Below, one piece after another: positions 58,797 to 64,000 of a stretch of DNA of 64,000 bases (its first letter is position 1; every line of letters starts with the position of its first letter). Source of the stretch: an uncultured virus (IMG/VR IMGVR_UViG_3300027963_000064). Lineage: Duplodnaviria; Heunggongvirae; Uroviricota; Caudoviricetes. The stretch is taken from IMG/VR virus record IMGVR_UViG_3300027963_000064; one strand, 5' to 3'. Below the pieces are notes generated by a model. It was not told the DNA's origin. It made no database searches and saw only the letters and a list, made by a program, of their open reading frames with translations. The translations under genes were made by a program, and so were the position numbers.

Positions 58797-61700
58797 ATGT
58801 CTAGATTCGTACTGACTGCACAGCTACAGCTTCAAGCCCCCAATAACGTAGCGCAAGTTGTTAGCCAGATTCAAAATCAGCTAAATAATGTTAGCGTAAA
58901 CGTTCAAGTTCGCGGTTCGGCCCAAGCTAATCAGCAAATACAGCAAATAACTCAATCTACCCAAGCCGCAACCACTGCGGCTGGTAGAATGGGTAATGCT
59001 TTTGCTGTTTCTATTCGTCGCTTTGCGGCTTTTTCTATTGCAACTAGAGCAGTAGGGCTATTTACTAGCACATTAGCTGATGCTGTTAAGACGGCCATTG
59101 ATTTTGAACGAGAATTGATTAAAATTTCTCAGGTTACTGGGAAAAGTGTTAGCGGTTTAAGAGATTTAACTGACTCAGTAACTTCACTAGCTACTGGACT
59201 TGGTGTTACCTCTGGTTCTTTATTAGAGGTTACAACGGTTTTAACCCAAGCTGGTTTATCTAGTGATGATACCAAGGTTGCTCTAGAATCTTTAGCTAAA
59301 GCCGCCCTTGCTCCTAACTTTGATAGTATTTCAGAAACGGCAGAAGGCGCTATTGCTATTCTTGCTCAGTTTAAACAGGGTGTTGGAGCATTAGAAGGTC
59401 AGCTTAGTTCTATCGACGCTGTTGCTGGCGCGTTCGCGGTAGAAGCTGGTGACTTGATTGACGTTATTCGCCGTTCTGGTGGTGTGTTCAAGGCTTCTGG
59501 CGGTAGTCTTAACGAACTACTCGCGTTATTTACATCAGTAAGAGCCACAACCCGTGAAAGCGCAGAAAGTATTGGTACAGGTTTAAGAACTATCTTCACA
59601 CGTATTCAACGACCAGAAACGATTGAGTTCTTAAAACAGTTTGGTGTTGAGCTTGTTGATCTTAATGGTAAGTTCGTTGGACCTTATGAAGCCATTAAAA
59701 GACTTAGTGAAGCAATTAGTGGACTAGGAGAAGGCGACTTAACATTTATCAAGATTGCTGAAGAGCTTGGTGGATTCAGACAAATTGGTAAGGTTCTTCC
59801 ACTATTACAGCAATTTAGCACAGCACAAGCTGCCCTAAATGTCGCTCAAAATGCTGGTAATGGTCTTACAAAAAATGCAGAAGCTGCACAGGCATCTTTA
59901 GCAATTAGAATTATTAAAGTTAGAGAAGAATTTTTAGCTTTAGTAAGATCAATGACGGAAACGCCAACGTTCCAAATTATGGCTAATGCTGCACTGAGTC
60001 TAGCTTCAGCTTTGATTAAGATTGCAGACTCTATTAAGCCTTTACTTCCATTACTTGGCGCTGTTGCTGCATTTAAAGCAGTAAAGGGAATTGGTGGATT
60101 TTTAGGTGGAGTTGGCGCTGGTCTAACTTCTGGTAGAACTTTTCATGCTGGTGGCAGAGTACACGCTTTTGCTACTGGAGGTTTAGTTCCCGGAATTGGT
60201 AATAGCGATACTGTGCCAGCAATGTTAACTCCGGGTGAGTTTGTTATACGTAAAAGTAGTGTGCAAAAACTTGGCGCTAATAATTTAGCACACATGAATA
60301 CTGGTGGCATTGTACAGAAATTTGCCACCGGTGGCACAGCAGACAAAATTGCTCAAGCAAGATCCCAAAAATTATCTCCAAACCCCAACAAAGAAAAAAC
60401 AAAGACATACAAAGATGGTTCTTCATCTTCTCCTGTAGAGTTTGAGGTTAAGCCAAAATCTATTGGTGCATTTTTCATGAATCCGGCAGAATCAGCAGAT
60501 GATTCTATACCATTTGCGAAACAAAAGTTCCAACTCACAAATAAACAACTCCTAAGTTTAAATGGCATTCAGCCAAAAACATTGCGTGACGATAATAAAT
60601 TTGCAGTTGGACAATATGCAAATGCTGTATTAAAACCCGGATCAGTTTCTACATTTTATCCAAGTTTAACAGATATTTCTCGCGGTTCTTTTAGCGAAAT
60701 TATACAAAGCAATGTTCAACAAAAATTAACAGAGGCTGTAGTTGATACAGCTAATTTTATTCAAAGCAATAAATTATTAGATATACCTCCAATAGATTCC
60801 AATGAAGCGTTACTTAGGCAAACAGCCGCAAGTAGAATAGCTCAAGATAAAGGTGCTATTAGAACAACATCTGGCTATTTATTTGAAGGTGTTATAGATG
60901 CTATTACCGGAGCAAAACCAGCTTCTGGAAATGCTAATTTTGACTTTCCACCATCTTCATTACAGGGAAATAAACCAAGATTAGCTTCTTTGTTTGGAAA
61001 TCCTGCTGGAATTCAAAACTTAGCACAAGCAGACGCCAAAGCGTCATATTCATCTAAAATAATTTCTGGAGGCGCTGGTAGTGGTAGCATACTAAGTAAA
61101 ATCATCAATTCTATAAATGATGGTAAGCTTGGTGGAATTAAAATGATTGCTAAAAAATCTCTTGGTGGTATAATTCAAAAATTTGCCGTTGGCGGTAGAG
61201 CTAAAGGCATACAGGGCGCGCCACTTGTTGATGATATTCCAAATGCTTCTGGTTCAATTCTACCAAGACCAAGCGCAGCTATACAAGCTTTAATCAAGGC
61301 TGGCGGTGGCGCAATTGACGTTGATAGAACAATTAAACGAACAGTTGGTGACACAGCATACGCCAAAGCCCCAACTCCGGGAGCTAAAGAAGCCTCACTA
61401 AATACATATTTTAGAGATGAAGTCAAACGTCTTCAAGATTTACAATCTGCTCCTGTAACGCAGTTTGGCAAAGAATTAAAAGTTGCAATTAAGAGTGGAC
61501 AGTTAGATGCCCGCAAGATAAGCATTATAAGCAAGTCAAAAAGAGTTAAGGGCGCGGCTGAATATTTAAGTTCATTGTTTGGTATTCCAACTCAGAATAT
61601 GATTTTTACTCAGGGTGGTAGTAAACAGCCCGCTTTAGATGCTATTAGAAATAAAGGCTCTAGAGTAGACCGCGTAAAATTTGCTACCGGCGGCAATGTT

Positions 61701-64000
61701 GGAACAGATACAGTTCCTGCATTATTAACTCCCGGCGAGTTCGTTGTTAATAAAGCGTCAGCACAACGTATTGGCTATGGCAATCTTAATCGCATGAATA
61801 AGGTTGGTAAATATGCCAAGGGTGGCGTAGTACAGCATTTTGCTACTGGTGGAACAGCAACAGGTGGAACAAAATCAGTTGTTAGCAATATTCCAGTTCC
61901 CGGCTTTGAAACAAAAGCTCCAACATTGCTTAATAAAATAATTGCACAATTAACAGGAACATTTTCAGTCGTTGATGTAGACTTAAAGAAAAGCTCTAAA
62001 CAATTTAAACTTCTTCAAACAATTACACCAGATTTAGCTAAATCTTTAATGGATTATGCTCAAGCTTCAAATTTAAATGTTAAACAAACGGGACAATTAG
62101 CCGGTGCATATTCTAAGCTTGTTGGCACAATGTTAATGCAAGGAGATAAAGATTCTCAAATAGTTGCTAGTATGCAACCATATGTAGAAGCACTGAAAGC
62201 AGATACTAACGCTAAATTAAATTCAGCCAAAGCTACAGCATCAATGACACCAGTAAATGCGGCTGCATCTAAATTTCCATCGCTTACTCAGTCTACACCA
62301 ACTCCGCAGACTTCATCATTTCCTCAATTAGTAAGTAAGCCAGCACAGCAACAACAGCAAGCAAATAGTTCCACATCTACTATGGCAACTTCTGCTAATA
62401 CTACAGCTATTGCTAGTAATACACAAGCTCAAAAAAGTGCAGCCCAAAGCGCTATTGGCGTTGTAAATAATAATAAAATGTTTGCTGCTTCTATGGCTAC
62501 CAGTTTAATTGCAGGATTTTTACCAGCCGTGGATGAAAACAGTGGAGCTATATTGCGTGTTACGCAGTCCCTTTTTGCTATGACTACCGCCGTGTTTGGA
62601 ACTTTAGCCGCTTTAGAAGCTATGAATCTTAGTTTGAATAAACAAACAATATCTAATGTATTAGATTTGTTGTCTGGTAAAGGTGGAGCAATAGCTAGTA
62701 AGGTTGGACAATTTGCTGGAAATGCTTTAGGTGGAACTAAGATTGGTGGCATGATTGCCCCAATGGGTAATCTTGGTGGCGGGCTAGGGGCTAAAGCCGT
62801 ACAAACATCAATTACTCAAGCTGCAACTGCGATTGGTGGCATAGTTGGTCCATTAGTTGGAGCAACTGCTTCATTTTTTGCAATACAAGCTGCTGGAAAT
62901 TTATTAACTGAAGCTTTTATGAATTATGAAGGAAGACTAAAGAAAGCAAAAGAAACCGGAAACGTAGAAGGTGCTAGAAAAATAGCCACCGAACAACAGT
63001 CATCTAAAACAGCAGTAAATATGGTTGCCGGTACAGTTTCTGGAGCTATTATTGGCACTTTATTAACTCCTATTTTGGGTCCATTTGGAGTACAACTTGG
63101 TGCCGCTGCTGGTGGGTTGATTGCTAAATCTTTATCTGATTTACCAGAATATTCAGGACAAGTAGCGGCAAGTCAGGCAGCTACAATAAAAGCTCAAAAC
63201 TCTTTAGCAAAAGCTAGTGAAGATGCTACCAAAGCCCTATCTGATTTTGAAAAGGGTAATATTTCAGCAACAGAATTAATAAAAAGCACATCCGGCGCTG
63301 CCAACGACGTTGCTACCGCAAAAGCAGAATCTAAAAAATTAAATGATCAATCACAAAAAGAAATATCAAGAGAGGGAGATTTTGGTGGATTAAGAGGTGG
63401 ATTAAGAAATGTAGTTACTCTTGGTGGATTACTTGGAGAAAGCACCGGTGAAAAACAGGCTAGAATAGAAGCAGAGCAGAAAAAATCTACAGCCGATGTA
63501 TCAAAAGCAGAAAATCAACTTATAACTAGCTCTCAACCAGTACTAAATTCTATATCTGGAGAGGTTGCTAGTTCTGGTGGATCTTTTGAAGATGTATTAA
63601 GCCGTATTGAAGTAGACAATAAGGGTCTTTACGATGCGCTAATAAGTCAAGGTACTAAGCCTCTATCAGATGCATTTAACAACATAAAGAAAGAAGTCGA
63701 ACGCGCCCAAAAAGCATTTAACGCAATGAATCTTGGTATGCAGAATGTTCAGGGTGCAGCAGCCGCAGCAGCACTTGGTGTTAATAATTATGTTGCATCA
63801 CAACAGGCTGGCAATGTTGGATTAGAACAATCATTAGCTGTTCTTGAAGCAAGTGTTACATCTGCTGCGCAAGGAATCAGTAGTGCAGATTTTGGTAAAG
63901 CTTTAAGTGATGCTTCAGAAGTATTATATGAATTTGGAGCTAATCCAGAGCAAGTTACTAAATTTCAACGCAACATTAGCGCCGTTAATGATGTTCAGAA
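58797..64000 (+). CDS. Tape measure protein, more than 1,730 aa, truncated by the window end (not in the ORF track)
   Basis: MSRFVLTAQLQ...; TP901-like core (AIDFERELIKISQVTG, TRESAESIGTGLRTIFTRI); frame checked at 60141, 60840, 61680 and 63960. Confidence 0.88.
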   Translation, partial: MSRFVLTAQLQLQAPNNVAQVVSQIQNQLNNVSVNVQVRGSAQANQQIQQITQSTQAATTAAGRMGNAFAVSIRRFAAFSIATRAVGLFTSTLADAVKTAIDFERELIKISQVTGKSVSGLRDLTDSVTSLATGLGVTSGSLLEVTTVLTQAGLSSDDTKVALESLAKAALAPNFDSISETAEGAIAILAQFKQGVGALEGQLSSIDAVAGAFAVEAGDLIDVIRRSGGVFKASGGSLNELLALFTSVRATTRESAESIGTGLRTIFTRIQRPETIEFLKQFGVELVDLNGKFVGPYEAIKRLSEAISGLGEGDLTFIKIAEELGGFRQIGKVLPLLQQFSTAQAALNVAQNAGNGLTKNAEAAQASLAIRIIKVREEFLALVRSMTETPTFQIMANAALSLASALIKIADSIKPLLPLLGAVAAFKAVKGIGGFLGGVGAGLTSGRTFHAGGRVHAFATGGLVPGIGNSDTVPAMLTPGEFVIRKSSVQKLGANNLAHMNTGGIVQKFATGGTADKIAQARSQKLSPNPNKEKTKTYKDGSSSSPVEFEVKPKSIGAFFMNPAESADDSIPFAKQKFQLTNKQLLSLNGIQPKTLRDDNKFAVGQYANAVLKPGSVSTFYPSLTDISRGSFSEIIQSNVQQKLTEAVVDTANFIQSNKLLDIPPIDSNEALLRQTAASRIAQDKGAIRTTSGYLFEGVIDAITGAKPASGNANFDFPPSSLQGNKPRLASLFGNPAGIQNLAQADAKASYSSKIISGGAGSGSILSKIINSINDGKLGGIKMIAKKSLGGIIQKFAVGGRAKGIQGAPLVDDIPNASGSILPRPSAAIQALIKAGGGAIDVDRTIKRTVGDTAYAKAPTPGAKEASLNTYFRDEVKRLQDLQSAPVTQFGKELKVAIKSGQLDARKISIISKSKRVKGAAEYLSSLFGIPTQNMIFTQGGSKQPALDAIRNKGSRVDRVKFATGGNVGTDTVPALLTPGEFVVNKASAQRIGYGNLNRMNKVGKYAKGGVVQHFATGGTATGGTKSVVSNIPVPGFETKAPTLLNKIIAQLTGTFSVVDVDLKKSSKQFKLLQTITPDLAKSLMDYAQASNLNVKQTGQLAGAYSKLVGTMLMQGDKDSQIVASMQPYVEALKADTNAKLNSAKATASMTPVNAAASKFPSLTQSTPTPQTSSFPQLVSKPAQQQQQANSSTSTMATSANTTAIASNTQAQKSAAQSAIGVVNNNKMFAASMATSLIAGFLPAVDENSGAILRVTQSLFAMTTAVFGTLAALEAMNLSLNKQTISNVLDLLSGKGGAIASKVGQFAGNALGGTKIGGMIAPMGNLGGGLGAKAVQTSITQAATAIGGIVGPLVGATASFFAIQAAGNLLTEAFMNYEGRLKKAKETGNVEGARKIATEQQSSKTAVNMVAGTVSGAIIGTLLTPILGPFGVQLGAAAGGLIAKSLSDLPEYSGQVAASQAATIKAQNSLAKASEDATKALSDFEKGNISATELIKSTSGAANDVATAKAESKKLNDQSQKEISREGDFGGLRGGLRNVVTLGGLLGESTGEKQARIEAEQKKSTADVSKAENQLITSSQPVLNSISGEVASSGGSFEDVLSRIEVDNKGLYDALISQGTKPLSDAFNNIKKEVERAQKAFNAMNLGMQNVQGAAAAAALGVNNYVASQQAGNVGLEQSLAVLEASVTSAAQGISSADFGKALSDASEVLYEFGANPEQVTKFQRNISAVNDVQ

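Noticed and set aside
56518..58797. Programmed frameshift in tail assembly chaperones
   Set aside because: No convincing slippery heptamer with an overlapping second frame identified by eye.
59399..62752. Short minus-strand ORFs in the last 5 kb
   Set aside because: Antisense shadows of the long plus-strand tape measure ORF.
1..64000. Stop-codon reassignment
   Set aside because: Long conserved genes are intact in the standard code, TAA, TAG and TGA all act as stops, and no suppressor tRNA is present.

Overview
This window is a 64 kb piece of a large tailed dsDNA bacteriophage genome, read in the standard genetic code, with two divergent arms. The left arm (1 to ~22,000, minus strand) is an early/accessory region of small genes. 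It includes a metallophosphoesterase, UvsE, DUF932-like, bL12-like, kinase-like and Gp88-like proteins, acidic microproteins and 7 tRNAs. Ten copies of a twin-palindrome element cut it into 1.1-2.7 kb blocks; each copy is two 25-bp 10-5-10 palindromes exactly 53 bp apart. The arm carries about 19 promoters in which a sigma70 promoter and a sigma28-like promoter are interleaved, plus five sigma54-like -24/-12 sites. The right arm (~22,250 to the end, plus strand) is the late region. It encodes a minimal sigma-like protein, a methyltransferase, Gmd, HNH, ERCC4, a ClpP-like protease, TerL, portal, protease/scaffold, major capsid, many fibre/decoration proteins, neck and tail proteins, and a very long tape measure protein that runs off the window. 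Late genes share a GTGTA-N8-TAGA/TGAG motif. The tape measure protein appears to carry nuclease-like and HAD-like cargo domains between repeated FAxGG motifs. Functional calls come from motif recognition by eye, not database searches.
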